DNA of 64,000 bases from Haplodiscus bocki (Eukaryota), in contig OZ296650.1 in the NCBI GenBank assembly GCA_965655095.1, forward strand, positions 35,464,001 to 35,528,000. Reading direction: 5' to 3'. How positions within the stretch are numbered: position 1 is the stretch's first letter; every line of letters starts with the position of its first letter. The translations under genes were made by a program, and so were the position numbers. Below are positions 12,001-27,000 of the stretch, one piece after another. Under the pieces are notes generated by a model. It was given only the letters and a program-made list of their open reading frames with translations. It searched no databases and was not told the DNA's origin.

Positions 12001-15000
12001 TTTCTGGATGTGAAAGTCTTGATGACTAGAAAAACTCAACAAATCTCATTTACTGCATTCTCAAGCATACATTAAAAATGCGTAGTTATGACCCTCTTGA
12101 AAAGAAGAATTGAGCTTCTTCAAGCCTGTTAGACGGAGGCAGAAGAACCAGTGGACTGCTAACCAAATTGAAAACAATTTGATCACATCCGTTTGAACGA
12201 GATGAATACCAGTACTTGATGACAGTGTGAGAACAAAAAAAAAAGTGCACATGTGTCAGAATGGGGTCTTTGGAACCTTTGAACCCATCTTTTGTGCCAT
12301 TGATTCCTGGAGGCGAAAAAAGTTTTACGCCCGGTGGAAAGACAATATTCATGTTTAGGTCAGGATCCTGCCACTTAAGCTTAATGTCTTCGAGATGCGA
12401 CATCGGATACTCACTTGCGTCCATCTGTGTTGCGCCTTTACTCGAGTGTGGTGCCTGCTATATCTACACAGTAGCTTCCTGGTTGGGAGACAATGGTACT
12501 CTCGCTAATTGGGTGTCCAAAAGGTCTTAACTCTGCTGAAGTAGCAGATTCTACGCAGCGCTGGATTATTAGTGGTCGGATCCATGACTGACGAGCTTGC
12601 GACAAAGAGTATAAACAAGCGCTCTATTCTCCAACATTTGTAACAGAATAAAAGTCATACTTGCTATGTCCTAATTTTCGCCGTACTCTTTAAGCCTCAC
12701 CGCTGCTCTAATATGGTCAATTCATCAAGAAAGATCCGAATGAGGAGCGACAACCTGTTAAATTGTCATAAAATTTTTTTGAAGTTTTACAACACAACGT
12801 GTCTCAACCACGGAGATCCTTGTCTGATGAACTGCATTTCTTTCCAGATTTGGAGAATAGGTAATCAAAAGCTTTCAAGAACATGGAAAAATTTGACTCT
12901 CAAAAGCTTTGTGCGTAAGATAGCTTTCATAGTTGTACCGATACTACAAATTGGATCGGCAGGACCGTACATGATTTTCATAAACTTCGTCCAACTTGAA
13001 ATTAGCTCCAATTTTGCAAGGCAAGTCGAATCCGAGGTACTTGGTTGAGTCGTTTGTTGATGCTTTTAGTCGGTTTCATTCACAAACTAAAACTTAAAGA
13101 CAAAATGATTTTTTTGAAGGTTTACAGTGGCGCAAACAGCAAGTCCACGCGGCGTTTGTCATTTTAGAATCAACGTTGTTTCGGCAAGCGGTGAGTTTTG
13201 ACTTTTGAAGACAAGTGTGTCAAAGGAAAAGAACTGGAATCATCAGAACAGTTTTAACAAACGCACAAGAATCAATGTTTTGATTTGCAGGATCAATTGG
13301 AACGATTTTGGGCTTTGCTTCGTGGTTTAGGGTTCAAAACGGCACACTTCAATTTAACCTAGTTAAAAAAGTACCCGGTACCACCAGTGTTAATTGAACA
13401 AGATGTTGAAACAAAAATGAACAAAAAAGCTGACCATTTTGTTTTTTTTTTCAAGTTCTGAGATGTGCAGTTGTTAGATATCTTGAATTTTTTCGAGGAC
13501 AACAGGCCTTGATTTCTTCCTGAAAGCATTTGAAACGACTTCAACCAAATATGTTTCTGGATGTGAAAGTCTTGATGACTAGAAAAACTCAACAAATCTC
13601 ATTTACTGCATTCTCAAGCATACATTAAAAAAATGCGAAGTTATAACCCTCTTGAAAAGAAGAATTGAGCTTCTTCAAGCCTGTTAGACGGAGGCAGAAG
13701 AACCAGTGGACTCCTAACCAAATTGAAAACAATTTGATCACATCCACTTGAACGAGATGAATACCAGTACTTGTTGACAGTGTGAGAACAAAAAAAATGT
13801 GCACATGTGTCAGAATGGGGTGTTTGGAACCTTTGAACCCATCTTTTGTGCCATTGATTCCTGGAGGCGAAAAAAGTTTTACGCCCGGTGGAAAGACAAT
13901 ATTCATGTTTAGGTCAGGATCCTGCCACTTAAGCTTAATGTCTTCGAGATGCGACATCGGATACTCACTTGCGTCCATCTGTGTTGCGCCTTTACTCGAG
14001 TGTGGTGCCTACTATATCTACACAGTAGCTTCCTGGTTGGGAGACAATAGTACTCTCGCTAATCGGGTGTCCAAAAGGTCTTAACTCTGCTGAAGTAGCA
14101 GATTCTACGCAGCGCTGGATTGTTAGTGATCGGATCCTTGACTGACGAGCTTGCGACAAAGAGTATAAACAAGCGCTCTATTCTCCAACATTTGTAACAG
14201 AATAAAAGTCATACTGGCTATGTCCTAAAGGTCGCCGTACTCTTTAAATGTCACCGCTGCTCTAATGTGGTCGTTTCATCAAGAAAGATCCGACGAATGA
14301 GGAGCGACACCAGTTAATTTGTCATAATTTTTTTTGACGTTTTACAACACAACGTGTCTCAACCACGGGGATCCTTGTCTAATGAACTGCGTTTTTCTTC
14401 AGATTTTAACAATAGAAAATCAAAAGCTTTCAAGAACATGGAAAAATTTGACTCTCAAAACCTTTGCGTGTAAGATAACTTCTTTAGTTGTACCGATACC
14501 ACAATTTAGATCGGCAGAATCGTACATGATTTTCATCAATTTCGTCCAACTTGAAATTAGCTCCACTTTTGCGAGGCAAATCCAATCCGAGGTATTTGGT
14601 TGAGTCATTTGTTGACGCTTCTAGTGGGTTTCATGCACAAATCAAAACTCAAAGACAAAATTACTTTTTGGAAGGTGTGCATTGGCGCAAACAGCAAGTC
14701 CACGCACCGTTTGTCAATTTAGAAACAACGTTGTTTCGACAAGCGGTCAATCTTGACTTTTGAAGACAAGTGTGTCAAAGGAAAACAACCGGAATCATCA
14801 GAACAGTTTTAACAAACGCACAAGAATCAATGTATTGATTTGCAGGATCAATTGGAACGATTTTGGGCTTTGCTTCGTGGTTTAGGATTGAAAACGGCAA
14901 ACTCCAATTTAACCTAGTTAAAAAAGTACCCGGTACCACCAGTGTTAATTGAACGAGATGTTGAACCAAAAATGACCAAAAAGCTGACCATTTTGTTTTT

Positions 15001-18000
15001 TTTTTCAAGTTCTGAGATGTTCAGTTGTTAGCTATCTTGAATTTTTTTCGAGGACAACAGGCCATGATTTCTTCCTGAAAGCATTTGAAACGACTTCAAT
15101 CAAAAATATTTCTATTTGTGAAAAACTTGAAGAATAGAAAAACTCAACAAATCTCAGTTACAGCATTCTCAAGCATACATTAAAAAAAAACGAAGTTATA
15201 ACCCTCTTGAAAAGAAGAATTGAGCTTCTTCAAGCCTGTTAGACTGAGACAGGAGAACCAGTGGACTGCTAACCAAATTCAAAACAATTTGATCACATCC
15301 GTTTGAACGAGATGAATACCAGTGCTTGCTGACAGTGTGAGAACAAAAAAAAATGTGCACATGTGTCAGAATGGGGTCTTTGGAACCTTTGAACCCATCT
15401 TTTGTGCCATTGATTCCTGGAGGCGAAAAAAATTTTACGCCCGGTGGAAAGACAATATTCATGTTTAGGTCAGGATCCTGCCACTTAAGCTTAATGTCTT
15501 CGAGATGCGACATCGGATACTCACTTGCGTCCATCTGTGTTGCGCTTTTACTCGAGTGTGGTGCCTGCTATATCTACACAGTAGCTTCCTGTTTGGGAAA
15601 CGATGGTACTCTCGCTAATTGGGTGTCCAAAAGGTCTTAACTCTGCTGAAGTAGCAGATTCTACGCAGCGCTCGATTATTAGTGGTCGGATCCATGACTG
15701 ACGAGCTTGCGACAAAGAGTATAAACAAGCGTTCTATTTTCCAACATTTGTAAGAGAATAAAAGTCATACTTGCTATGTCCTAATTTTTGCCGTACTCTT
15801 TAAGCGTCACGGCTGCTCTAATATGGTCAATTCATCAAGAAAGATCCGAATGAGGAGCGACACCTGTTAATTTGTCATAAATTTTTTTTGACGTTTTACA
15901 ACACAACGTGTCTCAACCACGGGGATCCTTGTCTAATGAACTGCGTTTATCTTCAGATTTTAACTGTAGATAATCAAAAGCCTTCAAGAACATGGAAAAA
16001 TTTGACTCTCAAAACCTTTGTGTGTGAGATCACTTTATTAGTTGTACGATGCCACAAGTTGGATCGGCAGAAACGTACATGATTTTCATCAATTTCGTCC
16101 AACTTGAAATTAGCTCCAATTTTGCGAGGCAAATCTAATCCGAGGTACTTGGTTGAGTCATTTGTTGACGCTTTTAGTGGGTTTCATGCACAAATCAAAA
16201 CTTAAAGACAAAATGATTTTTTGAAGGTTTACATTGGCGCAAACAGCAAGTCCACGCAGAGTTTGTCAATGTAGCATCAACGTTGTTTCGGCAAGCGAGG
16301 AATCTTGACTTTTGAAGAGAAGTGTGTCAAACGAGAAGAGTCCGATCAATCACAACGTTTCTTACAAACGCAAAAAAATCAACGTTTTGATTAGCAGGGT
16401 CAATTGGAAACATTTTGATTTTTGCTTCCTGGCTTCGGCTTCAACAGCGCAAACTGCAACCTAAACTTGGTAGAAAAACACCTGGTACCACCATTAGCAA
16501 TTGAACGAGATGTTGAACCAAAATTGACCAAAAAGCTGACCATTTTGTTTTTTTTTCAAGTTCTGAGATGTTCAGTTGTTAGCTATCTTGAATTTTTTTC
16601 GAGGACAACAGGCCATGATTTTCCCCCGAAAGCATTTGAAACGACTTCAATCAAAATTGTTTCTGGATGTGAAAATCTTGATGACTAGAAGAACTCAACA
16701 AATCTCAATTACTGCATTCTCAAGCAAACATTATAAAAATGCGAAATCATAACCCTATTGAAAAAAACAATTGAGCTTCTTCAAGCCTGTTAGGCGGAGG
16801 CAGCAGAACCAATGACATGCTTGCCAAATTGAAAACGATTTGGTCACATCCGTTCGAACGAGATGAATACCAGTATTTGTTGACAGTGTGAGAACAAGAA
16901 AAAATGTGCACATGGGTCAGAAACGGATCTTTCCAACCACTGATTCCATCTCTTGTGCCATTGATTCCCGGAGGCGAAAAAAGATATTATGCCTGGGGGA
17001 AAGAAAAAATTCAGGTTTAAGTCAGGATCGTTCCACTGAATTTTAATGTCTTCCACATCCGACATAGGTTACTCACTAGCGTCCATCTGTGTGTGTTGCG
17101 TCTTTACTTGAGTGTGGTGCCTGCTATATCTACACAGTAACTCGCTGGTTGGGAGACAATGGTACTCTCGCTAATTGGGTGTCCAAAAGGTCTTAACTCT
17201 GCTGAAGTAGCAGTTTCTACGCAGCCCTGGATTATTAGTGGTCGGATTCATGACTGACGTGCTTGCGACAAAGAATATAAGCAAGCGTTCTATTTTCCCA
17301 CATTTGTAACAGAATAAAGTCATACTGGCTATGTCCTAAAGGTCGCCGTACTCTTTAAATGTCACCGCTGCTCTAATGTGGTCGTTTCATCAAGAAAGAT
17401 CCGAATGAGGAGCGACACCAGTTAATTTGTCATAATTTTTTTTGACGATTTACAACACAACGTGTGTCAACCACGTGGATGCTTGTCTAATGAACTGCGT
17501 TTTTTTCAGATTACGACAATAAATAATCAAAAGCGTTCAAGAACAAGGAAAAATTTGACTCTCAAAACCTTTGTGTGTAAGATAACTTTATTAGTTGAAC
17601 CGATACCACAAGTTGGATGGGCACAAACGTACATGATTTTCATCAATTTCGTCCAACTTGAAATTAGCTCCAATTTTGCAAGGCAAGCCGAATCCGAGGT
17701 ACTTGGTTGAGTAGTTTGTTGATGCTTTTAGTTGGTTTTATGCACAAACTGAAACTTAAAGACAAAATGATTTTTTTGAAGGTTTACTTTGGCGCAAGCA
17801 TCAAATCCATGCAGCTTTTGTCAATTTAGAATCAACGCTGTTTCGGCAAGCGGTAAATCTTCACTATTGAAGACGAGTGTGTCAAAGGAGAAGAGTCCGA
17901 TCAATCACAACGTTTCTTACAAACGCAAAGTAATCAACGTATTGATTAGCAACGTCAATTGGAAACATTTTGATTTTTGCTTCCTGGCTTCGGCTTCAAC

Positions 18001-21000
18001 AGCGGAAACTGCAACCTAAACTTGGTAGAAAAACACCTGGTACCACTACTAGTAATTGAACGAGATGTTGAACCAAAAAAGGATCGAAAAATATGATCAT
18101 TTTGTTTTTTTTTCAAGTTCTGAGATGTTCAGTTGTTAGATATCTTGAATTTTTTTCGAGGACAACAGGCCATGATTTCCTCCTGAAAGCATTTGAAACG
18201 ACTTCAATCAAAAATGTTTCTGGATGTGAAAACTTTGATGACAAGAAAAACTCAACAAATCTCAATTACTGCATTCTCAAGCATTTATTAAAAAAATGCG
18301 AAACTATAGCCCTCTTGAAAAGAAGAATTGAGCTTCTCCAAGCCTGTTAGACGGAGGCAGGAAAAACCAATGAATTGCTAACCAAATTGAAAACGATTTG
18401 GTCACATCCGTTTGAACGAGATGAATACCATTATTTGTTGACAGTGTGAGAACAAGAAAAAACGTGCACATGTGTCAGAATTGGGTCTTTCCAACCATTG
18501 AACCCATCTCTTTTGCCTTTGGTTCCCGGAGGCGAAAAAAAACTTTTCATGTCTAGTGGAAAGACATTTTTCATGTTTAAGTCAGGATCCTGCCACTGAA
18601 GCTTAACGTATTCCAGATCTGACATCGGATACTCACTTGCGTTTATCAGTGTTGTGCCTTCATTTGAGTGTGGTGCCTGCTATACCTACACAGTAACTTG
18701 CTGGTTGGGAGACATTGGAACTCTCGCTAATCGTGTGTCCAAAAGGTCTTAACTCTGCTGAAGTAGCAGATTCTACGCAGCGCTGGATTATTAGTGGTCG
18801 GATTCATGACTGACGAGCTTGCGACAAAGTGTATAAGCAAGCGCTCTATTTTCCCATATTGGTAACAGAACGAAAGTCATACTGGCTATGTCCTAAAAAT
18901 CGCCGTACTCTTTAAATGTCACCGCTGCTCTAATGTGGTCATTTCATCAAGAAAGATCCCAATGAAGAGCGACACCTGTTAGTTTGTCAAAAAATTTTTC
19001 TGAAGTTTTACAACACAACGTGTCTCAACGATGGAGATCCTTGTCTAATGAACTGCATTTTTTCAAATTTTGACAATAGATAATCAAAAGCTTTCAAGAA
19101 CATGGAAAAATTGGACTCTCAAAACCATTGTGTGTGAGATAACTTTATTAGTTGTACGATGCCACAAGTTGGATCGGCAGAAACGTACATGATTTTCATC
19201 AATTTCGTCCAACTTGAAATTAGCTCCAATTTTGCACAGCAAGTCTAGTCTGAGGTACTTGGTTGAGTTGTTTGTTGATGCTTTTAGTGTGTTTCATGCT
19301 CAAACTAAAACTTAAAGACAAAAAGATTTTTTGAAGGTTTACATTGGCGCAAACGGCAAGTCCACGCAGCGTTTGTCAATTCAGAATCAATGTTATTTTG
19401 GCACGCGGTGAATCATGACTTTTGAAGACGAGTGTGTCAAAGGAGAAGAGTCCGATCAATCACAACGTTTTTTACAAACGCAAAAAATTCAACGTATTGT
19501 TTAGCAGGGTCAATTGGAAAGATTTTGAATTTTGCCTCCTGGCTTCGGCTTCAGCAGCGCAAACTGCTACTTAAACTTGGTAAAAAAACACCTGGTACCA
19601 CTACTAGTAATTGAACGAGATATTGAACTAAAAATGATCCAAAAAGCTGATCATTTTGTTTTGTTTCAATTTCTGAGATGTTCAGTTGCTAGATATCCTG
19701 AGATTTTTTCGAGGACAACAGGCCATGATTTCCCCCTGAAAGCATTTGAAACGACTTCAATCAAAAGTGTTTTTGGATGTGAAAATCCTGATGACTAGAA
19801 AAACTCAACAAATCTCATTTACTGCATTCTCAAGCATACAATAAAAAAATGAGGAATTATAACCCTCTTGAAAAGAACTATTGAGCTTCTCCAAGCCGAT
19901 TAGACGGAGCCCGGAGTACAATGAATCACTATCCAAACTGAAAATGAATAAGTAACATCTGTTGGAAAGAGAAACGTACCAGTACTTTTTGACCGTGTGA
20001 GAACAAGAGAAAATTGTGCACAAATATAAGAATGGGGTTTTTCCGACCACTGAACCCATCCCACGTGCCATTGACTCCTGGAGGCGAAAAACGTGTTTAT
20101 GCCTGTTGGAAAAACAAAATTCATGCTTTTGTCAAGATCCTCCCACTGACGCTAAAAGTCTTCCAGATCAGACACCTGATTCTCACTTGCGTCCGTCTGT
20201 GTTGCACCTCTACATAAGTTTTTTTCCTGGTGCATCTTTTTAAAAACTTGCTGGTTGGGAGACCTTGGAACTCTCGCTAATCGGGTGTCCAAAAGGTCTT
20301 AACTGTGCTGAAGTAGCAGATTCTACGCAGCGCTGGATTATTTGTGGTCGGATCCATGACTGACGAGCTTGCGACAAAGACTATAAGCAAGCGCTCCATT
20401 TTCCCACATTTGTAACAGAATAAAGGTCATACTGGCTATGTCCTAAAACTCGCCGTACTCTTTAAATGTCACCGCTGCTCTAATGTGGTCATTTCATCAA
20501 GAAAGATCCCAATGAAGATCGACACCTGTTAATTTGTCGTAAAATTTTTTTGAACTTTTACAACACAACGTGTCTCAACCACGGAGATCCTTGTCTGATG
20601 AACTGCATTTTTTTCGGATTTTTTGACAATAGATATTGAAAAAATTTCAAGAACTTGGAAAAACTTGGCTCTCAAAACCTCTGTGTGTAAGATAACTTTA
20701 TTAGTTGTACCGGTACCACAAGCTGGATCAGCAGAAACGTACATGATTTTCATGAAATTCGTCCAACGTGAAATTAGCTCCAATTTTGCAAGGCAAGTCC
20801 AATCCGAGGTACTTGGTTGAATCGTTTGTTGCTGTTTTTAGTGGGTTTCATGCACAAATTAAAACTTAGAGACAAAATGATGTTTTTGAATGTGAACATT
20901 GGCGCAAACAGCAAGTCCACGCAGCGTTTGTCAATTTAGAATCAACGTTGTTTCGGCAAGCGGTGAATCTTGACTTTTGAAGACGAGTGTGTCACAGGAG

Positions 21001-24000
21001 GAGAGTCCGATCATTCACAACGTTTTTTACAAACGCAAAATAAGCAACGTATTGTTTAGCAGGGTCAATTGGAAAGATTTTGAATTTTGCCTCCTGGCTT
21101 CGGCTTCAACAGCGCAAACTGCTACTAAACTTGGTAAAAAAAACACCTGGTACCACTACTAGTAATTGAACGAGATGTTGAACTAAAAATGGTCCAAAAA
21201 GCTGATCATTTTGTTTTGTTTCAATTTCTGAGATGTTCAGTTGCTAGATATCCTGAGTTTTTTTCGAGGACAACAGGCCATGATTTCCCCCTGAAAGCAT
21301 TTAAAACGACATCAATCAAAAGTGTTTTTGGATGTGAAAATCCTGATGACTAGAAAATTTCAACAAATCTCATTTACTGCATTCTCAAGCATACATTAAA
21401 AAAATGCGAAATTATAACCCACTTGGAAAGAAGAATTGAGCTTCTCCCAGCCTGTTAGACGGAGGCAGGAGAACCAATGAATTGCTAACCAACTTGAAAA
21501 CAATTCGGTCACATCCGTTTGAACGAGATGAATACCAGTACTTGTTGACAGTGTGAGAACAAGAACAAATGTGCACATGTGTCAGAATTGGGTCTTTCCA
21601 ACCACTGAACCCATATCTTTTGCTTTTGGTTCCTGGAGGCGAAAACAAACTTTTTATGTCTGGTGGAAAGACAATATTCTTTTTTAAGTCAGGATCCTGC
21701 CACTGAAGCTTAACGTCTTCCAGATCCGACATCGGATACTCACTTGCGTCCATCTGTGTTGCGACTTTACTTGAGTGTGGTGCCTGCTATACCTACATAG
21801 TAACTTGCTGGTTGGGAGACCTTGGAACTCTCGCTAGTCGGGTGTCCAAAAGGTCTCAACTGTGCTGAAGTAGCAGATTCTACGCAGCGCTGGATTATTA
21901 GTGGTCGGATCCATGACTGACGAGCTTGCGACAAAGACTATAAGCAAGCGCTCCATTTTCCCACATTTGTAACAGAATACAGGTCATACTGGCTATGTCC
22001 TAAAACTCGCCGTACTCTTTAAATGTCACCGCTGCTCTAATGTGGTCATTTCATCAAGAAAGATCCCAATGAAGAGCGACACCTGTTAATTTGTCATAAA
22101 ATTGTTTTTGAAGTTTTACAACACAACGTGTCTCAACCACGGACATCCTTGTCTGATGAACTGCATTTTTTTCAGATTTTTTGACAATAGATAAAGAAAA
22201 GCTTTCAAGAACTTGGAAAATTTTGGCTCTCAAAACCTCTGTGTGTAAGATAACTTTATTAGTTGTACCGGTACCACAAGTTGGATCAGCAGAAACGTAC
22301 ATGATTTTCATCAATTTCGTCCAACGTGAAATTAGCTACAATTTTGCAAGGCAAGTCCAATCCGAAGTACTTGGTTGAATCGTTTGTTGCGGTTTTTAGT
22401 GGGTTTCATACACAAACTAAAACTTAGAGACAAAATGATGTTTTTGAAGGTTTACATTGGCGCAAACAGCAAGTCCACGCAGCGTTTGTCAATTTGGAAT
22501 CAACGTTGTTTCGGCAAGCGGTGAATCTTGACTTTTGAAGACGAGTGTGTCACAGGAGAAGAGTCCGATCAATCACAACATTTTTTACAAAAGCAAAATA
22601 AGCAACGTATTGTTTAGCAGGGTCAATTGGAAAGATTTTGAATTTTGCCTCCTGGCTTCGGCTTCAACAGCGCAAACTGCTACCTAAACTTGGTAAAAAA
22701 AACACCTGGTACCACTACTAGTAATTGAACGAGATGTTGAACTAAAAATGATCCAAAAAGCTGATCATTTTGTTTTGTTTCAATTTCTGAGATGTTCAGT
22801 TGCTAGATATCCTGAGTTTTTTTCGAGGACAACAGGCCATGATTTCCCCCTGAAAGCATTTGAAACGACTTCAATCAAAAGTGTTTTTGGATGTGAAAAT
22901 CCTGATGACTAGAAAATTTCAACAAATCTCATTTACTGCATTCTCAAGCATACATTAAAAAAATGCGAAATTATAACCCACTTGGAAAGAAGAATTGAGC
23001 TTCTCCCAGCCTGTTAGACGGAGGCAGGAGAACCAATGAATTGCTAACCAACTTGAAAACAATTCGGTCACATCCGTTTGAACGAGATGAATACCAGTAC
23101 TTGTTGACAGTGTGAGAACAAGAACAAATGTGCACATGTGTCAGAATTGGGTCTTTCCAACCACTGAACCCATATCTTTTGCTTTTGGTTCCTGGAGGCG
23201 AAAACAAACTTTTTATGTCTGGTGGAAAGACAATATTCTTTTTTAAGTCAGGATCCTGCCACTGAAGCTTAACGTCTTCCAGATCCGACATCGGATACTC
23301 ACTTGCGTCCATCTGTGTTGCGACTTTACTTGAGTGTGGTGCCTGCTATACCTACATAGTAACTTGCTGGTTGGGAGACCTTGGAACTCTCGCTAGTCGG
23401 GTGTCCAAAAGGTCTCAACTGTGCTGAAGTAGCAGATTCTACGCAGCGCTGGATTATTAGTGGTCGGATCCATGACTGACGAGCTTGCGACAAAGACTAT
23501 AAGCAAGCGCTCCATTTTCCCACATTTGTAACAGAATACAGGTCATACTGGCTATGTCCTAAAACTCGCCGTACTCTTTAAATGTCACCGCTGCTCTAAT
23601 GTGGTCATTTCATCAAGAAAGATCCCAATGAAGAGCGACACCTGTTAATTTGTCATAAAATTGTTTTTGAAGTTTTACAACACAACGTGTCTCAACCACG
23701 GACATCCTTGTCTGATGAACTGCATTTTTTTCAGATTTTTTGACAATAGATAAAGAAAAGCTTTCAAGAACTTGGAAAATTTTGGCTCTCAAAACCTCTG
23801 TGTGTAAGATAACTTTATTAGTTGTACCGGTACCACAAGTTGGATCAGCAGAAACGTACATGATTTTCATCAATTTCGTCCAACGTGAAATTAGCTACAA
23901 TTTTGCAAGGCAAGTCCAATCCGAAGTACTTGGTTGAATCGTTTGTTGCGGTTTTTAGTGGGTTTCATACACAAACTAAAACTTAGAGACAAAATGATGT

Positions 24001-27000
24001 TTTTGAAGGTTTACATTGGCGCAAACAGCAAGTCCACGCAGCGTTTGTCAATTTGGAATCAACGTTGTTTCGGCAAGCGGTGAATCTTGACTTTTGAAGA
24101 CGAGTGTGTCACAGGAGAAGAGTCCGATCAATCACAACATTTTTTACAAAAGCAAAATAAGCAACGTATTGTTTAGCAGGGTCAATTGGAAAGATTTTGA
24201 ATTTTGCCTCCTGGCTTCGGCTTCAACAGCGCAAACTGCTACCTAAACTTGGTAAAAAAAACACCTGGTACCACTACTAGTAATTGAACGAGATGTTGAA
24301 CTAAAAATGATCCAAAAAGCTGATCATTTTGTTTTGTTTCAATTTCTGAGATGTTCAGTTGCTAGATATCCTGAGTTTTTTTCGAGGACAACAGGCCATG
24401 ATTTCCCCCTGAAAGCATTTGAAACGACTTCAATCAAAAGTGTTTTTGGATGTGAAAATCCTGATGACTAGAAAATTTCAACAAATCTCATTTACTGCAT
24501 TCTCAAGCATACATTAAAAAAATGCGAAATTATAACCCACTTGGAAAGAAGAATTGAGCTTCTCCCAGCCTGTTAGACGGAGGCAGAAGAACCAGTGGAC
24601 TGCTAACCAAATTGAAAACAATTTGATCACATCCGTTTGAACGAGATGAATACCAGTACTTGATGACAGTGTGAGAACAAAAAAAAAAGTGCACATGTGT
24701 CAGAATGGGGTCTTTCCAACCACTGAACCCATCTCTTGTGCCATTGGTTCCTGAAGGCGGAAAAAAAATTTTTTATGACTGGTGGAAAGACAATATTCAG
24801 GTTTAAGTCAGGATCCTTCCTTTGAAATTTAAAGTCTTCCAGATCCGAAAACGGATACTTACTTGCGTACATCTGTGTTGCGCCTTTACTTGAGTGTGGT
24901 GCCTGCTATATCTACACAGTAACTTGCTGGTTGGGAGACCTTGGAACTCTCGCTAATTGGGTGTCCAAAAGGTCTTAACTCTGCTGAAGTAGCAGATTCT
25001 ATGCAGCGCTGGATTATTAGTGGTCGGATCCATGACTGACGAGCTTGCGACAAAGAGTATAAACAAGCGCTCTATTCTCCAACATTTGTAACAGAATAAA
25101 AGTCATACTTGCTATGTCCTAAAATTCGCCGTACTCTTTACATCTCACCGCTGCTCTAATGTGGTCACTTCATGAAGAAAGATCCGAATGAGGAGCGACA
25201 CCTGTTAATTTGTCATGAATTTTCTTTGACGTTTTACAACACAACGTGTCTCAACCACGGGGATCCTTGTCTAATGAACTGCGTTTTTTCAGATTTTGAC
25301 TAGAGATAAACAAAAGCTTTCAAGAACATGGGCAACCTTGACTCTCAAAAGCTTCGTGTGTGAGGTAAAATTATTAGTTGTATTGATACCACCAGTTGGA
25401 TCGCCATAAACGTACATGATTTTCATCAATTTCGTCCAACTTGAAATTAGCTCCAATTTTCAAGGTAAGTCCAGTCTGAGGTACTTGGTTGAGTCATTTG
25501 TTGACGATTTAGTGGGTTTCATGCACAAATATAAACTTAAAGACAAAATGATTTTTTTTGAAGGTTTACATTGGCGCAAACAGCTAGTCCGCGCAGCGTT
25601 TGTCAGTTTAGAATCAACGTTGTTTCGGCAAGCGGTGAATCTTGACTTTTGAAGACGAGTGTGTCAGAGGAGAAGATTCCGATCAATCACAACGTTTTTT
25701 ACAAACGCAAAAAAATCAACATATTGATTAGCAGGGTCATTTGGAAAGATTTTGAATTTTGCCTCCTGGCTTCGGCTTCAACAGCGCAAACTGCTAACCA
25801 AACTTGGTAAAAAAAACAACTGGTACCACCACTAGTAATTGAACGAGATGTTGAACCAAGAGTGGTCAAAAAAGTTGATCATATTGTGTTTTTTCATCTT
25901 CTGAGATGTTCAGTTGCTGGCTTTCGTGAGTTTTCTCAGAAGACAAAAGACCATGGTTTCTCTCTGAAAGCCTTTCGAAAATGACTTGAATCGAATTGTT
26001 TTCTGGATGTGAAAACCTTGATGACTAGAAAAACCCAATAAATCTCACTTACTGCATTCTCAGGCATATATTAAAAAAATGAGGAACTATAACCCTCTTG
26101 AAAAGAACTATTGAGCTTCTCCAAGCCGATTAGACGGAGCCCGGAGTACAATGAATCACTATCCAAACTGAAAATGAATAAGTCACATCTGTTGGAACGA
26201 GAAACATACCAGTACTTTTTGACCGTGTGAGAACAAGAGAAAATTGTGCACAAATATAAGAATGGGGTTTTTCCGACCACTGAACCCATCCCACGTGCCA
26301 TTGACTCCTGGAGGCGAAAAAAGTGTTTATGCCTGGTGGAAAAACAAAATTCATGCTTTTGTCAAGATCCTCCCACTGAAGCTAAAAGTCTTCCAGATCA
26401 GACACCTGATACTCACTAGCGTCCGTCTGTATTGCGCCTCTACATAAGTTTTTTTCCTGGTGCATCTACTTAAAAACTTGCTGGTTGGGAGTAATTGGAA
26501 CTCTCGCTTTCTGGGTGTCTAAAAGGTCTTAACTCTGCTGAAGTAGCAGATTCTACGCAGCGCTGGATTATTAGTGGTCGGATCCGTGACTGACGAGCTT
26601 GCGACAAAAGTGTAAGCAAGCGCTCTATTTTCCAACGTTTGTAACAGAACAAAAGTCATACTTGCCATTTCCTAAATTTCGCCGTCCTCTTTAAATCTCA
26701 CCGCTGCTCTAATATGGTCAACTCATCAAGAAAGATCCGAATGAGGAGCGACACTTTCAATTTGTCATATATATGTTTTGACGTTTTACAACACAACGTG
26801 TCGCAACTACGGGGATCTTTATCTAGTGAACTGCATTTTTTTGAATGTTGACAATAGATAATCGAAAGCTTTCAAGAACATAGGAAACTTTGACTCTCAA
26901 AAGCTTCGTGTGTGAGGTAAATTTATTAGTTGTACTGATACCACAAGTTGGATCGGCAGAACCGTACATGATTTTCATCAATTTCGTCCAACTTGAAATT

